A DNA stretch of 64,000 nucleotides from Felis catus (Eukaryota), in NCBI RefSeq assembly GCF_018350175.1, contig NC_058368.1:169634001-169698000 (forward strand). Direction: 5' to 3'. Position numbers and translations under genes: made by a program. Below the pieces are notes generated by a model that did no database searches, was not told the DNA's origin, and saw only the letters and a list, made by a program, of their open reading frames with translations. Positions 23,741-35,806 of this stretch are shown here, piece by piece (the first letter of the stretch is position 1; each line of letters begins with the position of its first letter).

Positions 23741-24918
23741 AAGAGCTTTCAATAAAAATAAGCAACTAAAAAAATGTTAGAGAAGTTTATTTAGAAATAA
23801 AACTACAATAAGCACTGGACTTCTTGCCAAAAATGGGCATGTTTCCCAGACATTTCAGAGGTCTTGGAGGATGGCCTAAACACCCATCTCCACTGATCCA
23901 AATCAACTTCATTAAACACTCCCTGGGCCTGTGAGATGGATGGCATGTGAACCAAGTCCTGACAGGTAGGGAGAAAAGATCCCTGCCTCCAGGTGTTCCT
24001 GGCCCCAAGTAATGGCCCTGTTATGGAAACTTTCAAGGAGGAAACTCTGCTGTGGTCATGAGGACTGAATGGTGCCCTTTTCTGGATCTTTCAGAAGTTA
24101 CCTCCAAATAAGGAGGAAACCCGGATATATGAACGTGGGCGGGATTGCAATGAAGACTTGGGAAAACAGGAGGGTGTTGGTACTGGCCAGAACACACAAA
24201 TATGAGTGACCATTATCACTGTGAGTTCGTTTTGTTTTATCTGTAAAAGTAATAGTACACAACTCACAGGGTGTTGGGAGTATTAATGAAGATAATATAT
24301 GTCTTAACTTTATATACTTATAGTAGGTGGTAAATACATGTTACGCTCCTTCCTTCCTTCCTTCCCTTGCATTCCAGGTGAGAGCTCTACCTGTGATCTC
24401 CAGGGTAGACCACTTCAGGGTACATAGCTAGAATTTGTGGAAAGTGGAAAAGTAGATTGATATATATGTGTACGTACATGTGTGTGCATATGGCTCATGT
24501 CCATATGCTATATAAAGGGAAGCTTATAATCGCTATGTATTTTGATATAGTAAGTGAATGACAAAATGATGTGCAATTAGCATCTGTTACTTTTGCACCC
24601 ACAAGAGAATGTTATTGGACTCTTGATCTCAATGTGGAGAGGAGTTGCCAGACTAATGTTAGCCTGTAGGGGGAAAAAAAAAAGTTCTACAACTGTAAAG
24701 GGGCAAACAAAAGTAAAAGTTTCTTACTTGAGCCAGGAATGAGAACAAATATAATCTGAGGCAGACTGATGAGTGGCACAGAAAAATCAGAATTTCCCTT
24801 TTAAAGATTGCTCAATAACCAGAGTGAGGGATTTCCACTGGTAGATGTAGAAGCCTTTTCGGGTCAGTCTCCATTATTTATTAAATGAGCATGGGACACG
24901 GATGGTTAAATGAATACC

Positions 24919-25532
24919 TGCGTTAATTTGCTAGGGCTGCCATAACAAAATGCCACGAACTGGGGGGCTTAAACAACAGACATATATTCTCTCATAGTTC
25001 TGGAGCCTAAAAGTCAAAAATCAAGATGTCAGTGGGATTGGTTCCTTCTGAGAGCGGTAAAGGAAGGATCTGTTCCAGGCCTTTCTCCTTGGCTTGTTGA
25101 TGGCTGTCTTCTCCCTATACCTTCACATCATCCTCCCTTTATTTGTCTCTGTCTCCAAGTCGCCCCTTTCTTTCAAAAAAAATTATATTTATTTACTTTG
25201 AGGGAGAGAGTGCATGGGCAGCGCAGAGAGAGAGAGAGAGAGAGAGAGAATGAGAATCCCATGCAGGGATGAGGGGCTCGAACTCACGAACCATGAGATC
25301 ATGACGTGAGCTGATATCAAGAGTCGGAGGCTTAGCCAACTAAACCACCCAGTCCCGAGTTGTCCCTTTCTAAAGGACACCAGTCATATTAGATTAGGGT
25401 TCACACTAATGTCCTCATTCTAACTTGATTACCTCTCTTAGGACCCTCTCTCCAATTTGGCCATATTCTGAGGAACTTGGGATTAGAACTTTAACATATG
25501 AATTTGGTGTGAAGGTAAAGGGTACAATTCAA
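24919..25532 (-). mobile_element. MLT1B-like MaLR solo LTR containing a SINE
   Basis: 'tgcgttaatttgctagggctgccataacaaaatgccac...ggcttaaacaacaga...ggaaggatctgttccaggcct...aaggacaccagtcatattagattaggg...ttaacatatgaattt'. Confidence 0.9.
25172..25356 (-). mobile_element. CanSINE (short internal variant)
   Basis: 'tatttatttactttgagggagagag...(AG)n...ggggctcgaactcacgaaccatgagatcatgac'; TSD agtcgcccctttct / agttgtccctttct. Confidence 0.92.
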
Positions 25533-26105
25533 TTGAATTTTATTAACAATTCTACAACTTGAAGGTCTCCATTAGATGCTATGCTTCTAGCTCAGCAAAC
25601 GAGGAGCCAAATCATAAGATGGCTATTTTTGTGTCTCTGATGATCAGTTCTGCACATAGGTATGGAAAGCAGTTTACTTGGATACAGGACACTTCTAGGA
25701 GTTGCTCACTGAAGGCTGAGGAAGTACTTAACAAAGCAAGTGTGATGTGATGTGACCAGCAGACGTGATGTGACAAGTTCACCTACAGACTAACTGAAGC
25801 AAAGATACAGAGGACCATTGAGGCATATGCATCTGCTGCAGGATTATCCCCACAACAACCTGACGTCAGCTTTCAGGAAATGATGCTTCTGGGACTTGAT
25901 CTGTGCATCTTGCATAAGCTAATCTCTACCTGTAGTATATCCTCCATTCTTTCATTACAAAGAGGCAAGAGATATAAAATGAAAAACAAACCTACAGAAA
26001 AAAAGAAATATAAAACCCTTGGAAGATCATATATGTATGGGAATAATAGATGGAATTGGAGGCAAATCTGTCAGAACGATAGCTATCATTTAAAACAGCT
26101 CTTTA

Positions 26106-26317
26106 GGGGCGCCTGGGTGGCGCAGTCGGTTAAGCCTCTGACTTCAGTCAGGTCACAATCTCGCGGTCCGTGAGTTCGAGCCCCGCGTCAGGCTCTGGGC
26201 TGATGGCTCGGAGCCTGGAGCCTGTTTCCGATTCTGTGTCTCCCTCTCTCTCTGCCCCTCCCCCGTTCATGCTCTGTCTCTCTGTCCCAAAAATAAATAA
26301 ACGTTGAAAAAAAATTT
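26106..26317 (+). mobile_element. Young felid SINEC_Fc
   Basis: CpG-rich near-consensus copy 'ggggcgcctgggtggcgcagtcggttaag...gtccgtgagttcgagccccgcgtcaggctctgggctgatggctcggagcc...cccaaaaataaataaacgttg'; perfect flanking repeat tttaaaacagctcttta (26089-26105 / 26318-26334). Confidence 0.98.
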
Positions 26318-27718
26318 TTTAAAACAGCTCTTTAAAGTTTTGTTTAATTGACTTCTAAATGGCATGTGAACTGGATAAGCATTATGGATTTTTTTTTGCA
26401 TTTCCTTTATGATTAGAAAATGGGGAAAACAACATATATTTGTTTGGTTGTTAATGTTGTTAAAAAAGTACACAATGTCAAAGAAGGAGATTCTTTCAGA
26501 GAGATGGCCATCTGTAAAAGCAAACACAGCAAAGTGATAGGGAACTAATACAACAAGTTCCAGAACATTAATATTTCAGAGAAGCCTCCCCAACTATTTG
26601 TTTTTTCTCTCCTCCATCCCACTAACACAGTGGCACAGTGGCATAGGGACAGTTATTAGATGAGGCCATTTGTAAGGTCAAACAATGAAGTTTTACCGGA
26701 GTAGAGACCTGTCCAGTCACTGAGGGAAGACACAGACTGGTGATGGCAAGAGCACCTGTCCACAGCATTATTAAAGGGGGCTGGGTGTTGACACAGCAGA
26801 AAGTCAGAATGTCTTTGGTGAAGGGTTTTAGCCTTCTTTCAGCAATGATCAGATCACCTCATGTAAAGACAGGACTGAGCCCTCTGAAATCTTCCCTGGA
26901 GCTTAACCAATGGATTTGAACATGCGTATAAAAACGACTGCATAAATATTTTTCTTTGCCCATTTCAGCGCATGCTAATCAGAGAGGCTCTTTGAAAACA
27001 ATATTTTTATCTGTACCTCAAATTCATCCATACCCATTAGCTGCTCAATTAGGCGAAACAAACTTTTAGTTGCATGCCAGGGGCTTAATTTAATTTGCCT
27101 GGGATAAGCAGTTGGCTATAACTGTGAAACCCCGTGTTTTTTTTAGAAATTAAACCAGAGTAGTGAAGCAAAAACTTAAAATACAGTGTGGAAATGGAAG
27201 CAGACCGCAGTTTATATTGTGTGGAAATGCAAAGCGATCTAGTAAGCAGTATGCAGGTATGTTAGTCACATCCTCCCTGCTTGTTCACTTTCCAGTTACT
27301 GCTTGTTCTTTTTGTTGTTTTTTGCTGTAGTCCTGTGGATTCTAAAGCAGAACAACTCAAGTGACATCAGTTCATGAAGACTAAAGAAACTTTTTGTTTG
27401 ATTGTGGCTGGGTGGCTGTTTAGTTCAAGCAAGAACCGAGCAAAATAAAAGCCGTCTTTATAAATCCTTAGCCTAATGTAATTTTCTTGGATTCAAAACC
27501 TAGATTCTATTAAATTACTTTCCAGTCATCATATAATGTACTTAAGCATTTCTAGATAGTGAAATACATTTGGCCTAAGTGCAAGGGGAGAAAATATTTA
27601 ACTTGGCAAAAAATGTTCCTTTGTTGATAATCATTAAAATAACACCCATGATACACAATTCCTAAAAAAGGGAAGTTAGTTGATTCTTTATGGCATATAA
27701 AATAAATATACGTATTTT

Positions 27719-27745
27719 TATTAATTTTGTTAATGTTTATTTATT

Positions 27746-27783
<38 letters not shown>

Positions 27784-27951
27784 AGAGCAAATGCAAGCAG
27801 GGGAGGGGCAGAAGCAGAGAGATAGAGACAGAGAATCCAAAGCAGGCTCCAGGCTCCAAGCTGTCAGCACAGAGCCCAAGGCGGGGCTCTAACTCACCAA
27901 CGTGAATCATGACCTGAACCAAAGTTGGAGGTTTAACCGACTGAGCGCCCC
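27719..27951 (-). mobile_element. CanSINE (SINEC_Fc2-like)
   Basis: 'taatgtttatttatttttga(GA)n...gcaggctccaggctccaagctgtcagcacagagccc...aaccgactgagcgcccc'; degenerate TSD aaatatacgtattt / aaatatgtgtattt. Confidence 0.95.
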
Positions 27952-28047
27952 TAAAATATGTGTATTTAGGTATGAAACACCTTCCTAGAAAAACATCGGA
28001 GTCAAGAGCAAAGCCTGTTTCCATTGTGTGTCATTCTCTGACACACA

Positions 28048-28250
28048 TGTTGTGTGGAAAAGCAGGAAGAACCACAGATAGGGCATCAGAGGCTCAGGGT
28101 GTGAGCTCTGCTGTGACACTGATATTAGTTGCCTGACTTCAGACAAGTCACTTGACCACATTGTCTCCGCTTCTTATCTGTAATAAGGGGAAAGGAACAC
28201 TATCTGACTGATACGGGCCACAGGGTGGTCTTTAACAAAGGAGAAAAAGA
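28048..28250 (+). mobile_element. MIR fragment
   Basis: 'tgtggaaaagca...gctctgctgtgacact...ttagttgcctgacttcagacaagtcacttgacc...cttatctgtaataagggg'. Confidence 0.65.
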
Positions 28251-29944
28251 TGAGTGGGATTTACATATTTCAGGGGAGGGAAATGTGCTTGGTGGAAAGT
28301 AGGTTCAGAGGAATTTGTTAGTGAAGAGAAAGGGGGCAAATGTGGTGGCTACACTCAGGAGGATGCACAGAAAGAAAAGCATCAGTGAGTGAGCAGAAAG
28401 GAGCTAGCGTGGGAACGGACAAGGCACTGTGGAGGTGGGAAATGTGGAGCCGCTTGAGGGAGATGGGTGGCATCTTCCACTTTGGCCATCTTTGCAGCGT
28501 ATGCCTTCTGCTGCTTGTCCCCACTCTGCAATCAGTGACAGCAGAATTCAAGAATCCTTGTGGAGTCAGGGCCAGGGAGGAATCCATGGGAACCACTGTA
28601 CTTTGTTGATGACAGCATATGCTTGTCAAACCCAGTGGATGGAACAGTCCATGCAGCCCCTGAGAGTGACGAGGTGATAATTGAAGAGACAGAGGAAAAA
28701 GTAGAGAAAACCACTGGGCATCAGTGCCCCAAGTTTCTCCATGGGCTGGGTTTATCCAACAGGAAAAAGGAATAGAGGGAGGCAATTGGCTGATGATCGC
28801 TTCTTTGTAGATTTACTTGCCTAATTGCCAATGAGGGAGGAAGGCTGCTCACAGGTGAGTTGCCAAAGTGAATAAACGTGAGTTACGCTAAGAAATTAAC
28901 AAAAGATGAGTTTTAGGCAACTTTCTGGAAAACACAGACTGGTGATAAGATCCACTGGACTGTGAAATAGCCTTTCAGTGGAAAGGGGAGGGAGTTATAT
29001 CATTTAAGATATTTAAAACAAGACTAGCTAAAGCATGTGCTAGAATCCTATCCAGAAGGGAAAAATCCAGACCTGGCAAGAGACGAGCTAGCTGATGTCT
29101 GGGAGCTCTCACACCTCTCCTTCTTGATGTTGAGAAGCTGTGGTCAAATCCCTGAACATTTTCACAAATGCGTTTAAGACTGGGAACTGTGTGACTCATT
29201 AGTCATTGTGGTAATCTCTGAGATTCGGTGCCAGCTGTGAAATTTCAAGCAGATGTGGCAAAACAGCGAAGACCACCTTTCAGATTCATATCCTCTTTGT
29301 CTCTCACTCTAGTTCATCCTTGGAAGAGCATGAGCATATTTTTAAAGGGCAAGTTAGGTAGTGGTAGAGATTTAAAAAAAAAAAAAAAAAAGGAAAGAGA
29401 AAAATCTGTTTAAGAAAGCAAGCTTCCAACTTCCTAATTTATATTAAGGAGAGGAGAATTGCAAACGTCAGATTTCAGTGCTGTAGATGATGCCTTGATC
29501 TGACCATTATAAGACTGTGCCCAACCCAGAACAATTGTCAGCTGCTAATTATGCATTTGAGCATTAGGCCCAGCAAATTAATAATTCCAGGCCATCTTTC
29601 CTCTGCTGTCTAATATGTTTCTAGTGTGTCCCTTGGCTATTTGCTAACAGAATGAACTATATCCTCGATAAGACGGCCATCTGAGAGGAAATGCATCTGG
29701 AAGGACTGGCAGAAGAGGAGAGATAGGAGTGCTCCCTTGATAAGAATAACGACCATCTGTCAGCTCTGAGTCTCTGGGCTAGGCTAGCGAGGGAAAAGAC
29801 AGGTGCAGATCAAAGTTGAAAACACTTGTTCTGAATGGATTTGTCAAAAGTTTGCCTTACTTAATTTCCACAAGATACTAAACTAGTGGCTTTGAATTGG
29901 CCTCCGGAGAGTGGCACTCAACTGCCTATCACTGACGCACATGC

Positions 29945-30135
29945 TGTGTGGAAAAGCAGAGAGAACCAGGGGTGAGGCCTCAGAAGCTCAGAGTACGAGT
30001 CCTGGCTCTGATATTTATATTAGCTGTTTGATTTCAGACAAGTTGCCTAACCATATTGTCTCAGTTTCCTGGTGTGTGAAAGGTGAAAAAAAAATCCCTA
30101 TCTTTCATATATAGCCCACAGGGTTGTCTCTATTA
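29945..30135 (+). mobile_element. MIR fragment
   Basis: 'gagtcctggctctgatattta...agctgtttgatttcagacaagttgcctaacc...tctcagtttcctggtgtgtgaaa...cacagggttgt'. Confidence 0.7.
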
Positions 30136-30297
30136 AAAAGGGGAAAAAATGGAAGCAATTAATGTATTTATTCCGAAAGAAAAGCACTTAGGCTAGAAAA
30201 ATGTGTCCTATCAAAGCCAAGTCCTCTATCCATTTAGGAACTGGAGCTTATCCTCTTTTACTTAAACTCCAGCAATTCCTGATTTTCCATCCCTTAT

Positions 30298-30887
30298 TGT
30301 CTTAGTCAGTTTGCGATTCTATACCAAAAATATCATAAACTGGGGGTGCTTGGGTGGCTCAGTTGGCTGGGCATCTGACTTCGGCTCAGGTCATGATCTC
30401 ATGGTTCGTGGGTTGGAGTCCTGCCTTGGGCTCTGTGCTGAGAGCTCAGAGCCTGGAGCCTGCTTGGATTCTCTGTCTCCCTCTCTCTCTCTCTCTGGCC
30501 CTCCCCCATTTGTGCTCTTTCTGTCTTTCTCAAAAATAAATAAATAAGCTTTAAAAAATATCATAAACTGGGTATCTTAAACAGCAGAAATTTATTTCTC
30601 ACAGTCCAGAGGTTGGGAAGTCCAAGACCAAGGTGCTGGCAGATTCAGTTCCTGCTGAGGGCTCTCCTCCTGGTTTGCAGATGGACTCCTTCTTGCTGTG
30701 GTCTCACATGGTGGAGAGAGGTAATTTCTTTCATGTATCTTCTTAAAAGGGCACTAATCCCATTCATGGGGGTTCTACCCTCACGACTTAATCACCTCTC
30801 AAGGTGCTACCTCCCACTACCATCACATTAAGGAATAGGGCTTCAACATAGGACTTCTGGGGGGACACAAACATTCAGTCCATAGCA
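30298..30887 (-). mobile_element. MLT1A-like MaLR solo LTR containing a SINE
   Basis: Starts 'tgtcttagtc', has 'aaacagcagaaatttatttctcacagt...ggaagtccaagaccaaggtgctggcagattc', ends 'gggacacaaacattcagtccatagca'. Confidence 0.92.
30343..30553 (+). mobile_element. CanSINE (SINEC_Fc2-like)
   Basis: Perfect TSD aaaaatatcataaactg (30326-30342 / 30554-30570); full head, CT linker and tail. Confidence 0.97.
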
Positions 30888-30889
30888 TC

Positions 30890-32378
30890 TACCATCAATT
30901 TTCTCCTCTCTACTGATCATTCCCACAGGCACGCACTTATAATATTTCTCATCGTAAAACAAACGACAAAGACAGAAAACTTCTTTGACCCCAAGTTTCA
31001 CATCTTCCTCTACCTACTGCCAATTTCATTGCTCACCTTGATAACAGAACACTCCAATAGAATTGTCTACCCTGCTTCCACTAGCTCAATTTTGAGTCTC
31101 TTTTGTCACTCATTCCCTTGGATTTTGCCCTCACCACTCTTTGAAACCATCATGGTAAAATCACCTATCACTTCCCTATTGCCAAATCTACTGGTTGCCT
31201 TACAGCCCTCCCATCTTTTGTGAACTTACAGCATCATTTGACATACATTTTCACTTCTTGTTTTTGAAACGCTCTTCACTTGGCTTCTAGCCATTCTCAT
31301 ATTCATTCTTATAACCTCAACTACTTCTCAGGCTTTTTTGCTGATTCCACCTCTTCTTTCTGACCACTATTCTAGGGTGTTCTAGGATTCATTTCTCAGA
31401 ACCCTGTCTTCTCTATATCCTTAGGTGATTCCGTCCAGTCTCATGGCTTTAAACATTATGTGTCTCCTGTCTCAGCTGCAGGCCCTCCTCTGAACTCCAA
31501 ACTCACATCGAGGTGCCTTGTTGGCATCTCCAATGTCTAATACATTACTCAAACTCAGCATGCCCAATAAATTAATTCAGTTATTCGGGTCAAAATTACA
31601 GGAGTGGTCTTTTAATCTTTTTTCTCCCCTTCATTTCTGAGATCATATGCGTAAGCAAATCCTGTCCATTTTTCAGATTACATCTCAAATCTAACTACTC
31701 CTCTAGTAGAGGAGACTAACCACTCCTCCAGTAATAGTAGACTATTATTCTACTGTATCACCATATGCCCTCATTTAGTGCAAAAGACCCATAATGAATT
31801 GTCTTGCTTCAGCTTGAAACTGCCTAAGTACAATCCCCACAATATAGCCTCAGTGATCTTTCGAAAACCTAAGTCAGATTCTGTCACTTCTCATTTAGAA
31901 TTTTCTAATACATTCCTATCACACCTATGATAAAATTCAAATTCTTTATCAGGCCAACAAGTCCCATATAATTTGGCTTTTACCTCTATTCTAATTTCCT
32001 GATTTTGTGCCCATTACATAGTCCATTTGGTCACATGAACTTTCTCAGTTTCTGTGAACACACCAGGCTTATTTCTTCCACAGGATCCTTGTAATTTCTC
32101 TTCCAACTCTGTCTGAAGGGTTTCTTCAAGATCTTTGAAAGAGTTTTCATGAAGAATCTTTTTCTGACTGTCCTATTTGAAATAGTCCTGTCACCCCACA
32201 ATTCCTAAACCTGATTATATTTTCTTCAGAGCATTTATTGCTATCTGAAGTTACACCTTTTTTGTTTTCACTTGTTTTTCCCTGTCTACCCAATAAATGT
32301 AAGTTCCTGAAAGGCACTTAAACGTAAGTTTGTTGGATACTTAGTACCTAGAATAAACCTGGCATAGAGTAAAGACTC
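30890..32378 (+). mobile_element. L2 LINE (long 3' segment)
   Basis: 'ttgccaaatc...cagcatcatttgaca...ttcacttggcttc...ttaggtgattccgtccagtctcatggctttaaa...tgaactccaaactcac...aaatgtaagttcctgaaaggc...ttagtacctagaataaacctggcatagagta'. Confidence 0.85.
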
Positions 32379-32761
32379 TGCTATCATATGAATGTTTACG
32401 TCTCCTGGGCCCCTGTCCCCCTCCCACCAAATTCACATGTAGAAATCCTAACCCCCCAAAGTGATGGTATTATTAGGTAGGGCCTTTGGGAGGTGATTAG
32501 GTCATAAGGGTGAAGCCATCATGAATGGGATTAGTGCCCTCATAAAAGAGATCCCACAGAGTTTACTCACCCCTTCTACCATGTGAGGAAATAAAGAGAA
32601 AGTGCTGGTTTGAGCCAGGAAGAGGACCCTCACCAAAATGTGGCCATGCCAGCTCCTTGATCTTGGACTTCCCAGGCTTCAGAGATGCAAGAAAGAAATT
32701 TCTGTTGTTTATAAGCTACCCAGTCTATGGTTTTCGTTAGAGCAGCCTGAATTGACTCAGA
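32379..32761 (+). mobile_element. MLT1A0-like MaLR solo LTR
   Basis: 'tgctatcatatgaatgtt...aaattcacatgtagaaatcctaacccc...ggcctttgggaggtgattaggtcat...gatcttggacttccc...ttctgttgtttataagctacccagtctatgg...gcagcctgaattgactcaga'. Confidence 0.92.
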
Positions 32762-35040
32762 TGTGCTTCGTAGTGATTTTTTTTTGCACCTTATTAATTC
32801 ACCACACCCTTTACATTTATTTAAAAATTGTTTTGTTATGTTTGACTTTTGATGCCTAAGGAGACCAGGTCTTCTTCATGGAGCCAGAAGATACCTGCTG
32901 TATTAGCTAACTCCAACATGCTATTCTTTATTCTCATAGTTGAATAGCAGTATTTGTTTAGTGGCTGATTCTTTATAACTCCTGTGTTTTTTCTTCCTAA
33001 GGAATCCTAGATATGTCCATGTATCATAGATCACAAGAAAAATTGACCACTTGTATGTGCTTTGAGAATTGGCTTTTTGATGAAACTATAAAAAATCTGG
33101 GTTCTTCCTTTTTGATCATCTTCCTGAGACACAGATGTGTCAGTATGGACACTGTGGGTTAAAGCAATTAGACTTGAGAATAGAGGAGAGTGAGTTGGCA
33201 AAAGAGTAAGCCAGGTTGAGGCTTGGTCTCAGAACAGTGAAGAAAGCAGAATTGAGGGTCTGGTGCACAGACTGAGATGATACCTTGAGGCAGAGCAAAG
33301 ATGTCTGGTTGCTGAAAGGTAGGAGGCTATTGAAGGCCAATGGCAAGGCAGAAGAGGTGATCATGAGACTGGGCCAGAAAAGTAGATAGCAGTCTGCAGA
33401 AAAGAGGACATGGTGGTAAAGGAGAAACAAATGTCCACTCGGGGAGTCCCTCAGATAGCTTTCTGGAGCACTAATCACACACTTCATTCAACTGAACTGC
33501 TATTATGAAGTACCCACATCTTCCAAGCTTTCTGACCAGAAGCTAAAAGATCCATTCTACGTCCTCAAAAGTGCTCACAGTCTGATGTGTCTTTGTCATT
33601 GGTAAACCTGTGTATGTAACAAATCTTCATTAAACTAAATAAACTTGGTTTAGTTTCAGAAAGATAAAGATGATGGTAATTGGTTGAGATGATGGTAATT
33701 AGGAGACAAAAGGAAGGTTAAACAGAAAAGAGAAGATTTGAAGACATGAGGTGCCTCCTTGAAAATAAAGAATTGTCTTTTTTTTTGTTTTGCATTATTA
33801 TTTCAGTATTTCCCAAAGGCTTCCTCAGTGTAGCTAGTGCTTCCCCATCAATGGGGGAAATTTTTCCCTTTTTCTCTTTTGCTCACATCAGCAAAGGAGC
33901 ATGGATAATGAAATAGGAAATCTAAAGTCAGTTAGATAGGCACATTATTTCTAAGAGTGTCTGAGAAATTTTATACAGGGGAATTTTGAATGTAGGCAAA
34001 TGTTTATAAATGCTGTTCTTATCTTCTATACTCTTCTTTTTTTGTTACCCTAGGACTCCTTGGAGAAGTTTGCATGACATTCTGTTTGACGTAAAATCAG
34101 CATGTGTCCCAAGTAAATCAACAACAGCTGTTTTAAATAGCAGATTGTATCCCAAAATATCATTATGAATTGCTTGGATGCTTATGTTTTCAGATTACAC
34201 TGTTGGATCCTAGCATCTGGACATTGCAGCCACAAGTAGACAGAGTTCAAGTTGGCTGAGAGATGGTGGGCTATTTACCGGAGGATATGATCTTTGGAGG
34301 AAATTTCAGTGTGATCTCAGGGTTAGAGATACCAGCAAGAAAGGAGCCAACCTACCTTGCAAGGAGTCATCCTTCAGTTAGTTGAAGATTTTACTTGGAA
34401 TCTTGGGGATTTCTCTGATTGGGCCAGAAAAGCAGTTTAATAACAGATGGTCCCCGAAAGCACCCACACCAGTGTCCTAGAAAATATTCAGTATCCTCCT
34501 TCCTCCAAGAACTTGCAGTATGATGGGCTAATTGTATTATTCAATGCCACTAAAAAAGTTTCTGTTCTATGACCTACAGAACGTTTTTGGCTCAGCCGAA
34601 GATATAGGACCAGCTATATCTTCAGTATCTTGCATTGCCTCCCATTAGTTGGATTCCTTTGCTAATGACTGTGGCACTGCCCTCTGCTTGCATCAGGGCT
34701 AAGAGAAAGGGTTAGGCATTTCCCCCTTCACCTCCTAAGAGCTGCTTCTTTGAGCAATATTTTCCCGTTCCATAATACTGCCAAATGCAGGCTTTACCTG
34801 ATTACACTGTTCTGGGGAGTTCGACCACAGCTTCAGACTGTGGGGGGCACATGCATCTCTCAAGAGCTTCATAGTCAGCCATGGGTGTCTTGCCCATGCA
34901 GGGAACACTTGTTTGGGGAGCCTCCCTTCTGCCTTATTTTGTAGGCTTACTAAGGGTCATATCACCAACTCTCACTTCTAAGAGCTCCCTCCCTGCATGA
35001 ACAGGCTTGTCCATTGGGCACAATTTTATAAGGCCCTCTG

Positions 35041-35754
35041 TCACCTCATACCTATTAGAATGGCTACTTTCAAAAATTCAGAAAATGACCAGTGTTGGAA
35101 ATACATAGAGAGACTGGAACCCATGTGCACTATTGATGGCGAGGTCAAATGGTGCAGTTGCTATGGAAAACAGTGTGGTCGTCCCTCAAAAAGTTAAAAA
35201 CATAATTCTTATATGACCTAATAATCTCACTTCTGATTATATATCCAAAATAGTTGAAAGCATAGTCTTGAAGAACTATTTATACACCCACACTAATTGC
35301 AGAAATATTTACAATAGCCAAAAAGTAGAAGCAACCCAAGTGTCCATCAATGAATGAGTGCTACACAAAATGTGGTGTACACACCCAATGGAATATTACT
35401 CAGCCTTGAGAAGTAAGGGAAAGTCTAGCATGTGCCATGGCATGGATGAAACTTGAGGACATTATGCTAAGGGAAATAAGCCAGTCACAGAAAGGACAAA
35501 TACCGTACAATTCAATGGAGAGTTGTCGTTTGTCCTTTTTCAGTTTTTGAAACTGTCCTAAAGTTTCAGTTTTGCAAGATGAATAGAGTTCTGGAGATTG
35601 GTTGTACAACAATGTGAATGAGCTAAACACTATTATATACTTGAAAATGATAAGATGATAAATTTTTTATATATTTTTTATTGTTTATTTATTTTGAGAC
35701 AGAGAGAGAAAGAGGGATATTGTTTATTTATTTTGAGACAGAGAGAGAAAGAGG

Positions 35755-35806
<52 letters not shown>

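Noticed and set aside
25861..25868. Perfect CRE TGACGTCA
   Set aside because: Isolated 8-mer with no promoter context
28560..28775. Acidic, protein-looking 71-aa ORF (PESDEVIIEETEEKVEK)
   Set aside because: Non-ATG start, no recognised homologue or clear splice boundaries; composition explained by purine-rich DNA
34180..34390. Acceptor-like site 'ttatgttttcag' followed by exon-like composition
   Set aside because: Stops in all three frames within ~70 nt and no strong donor
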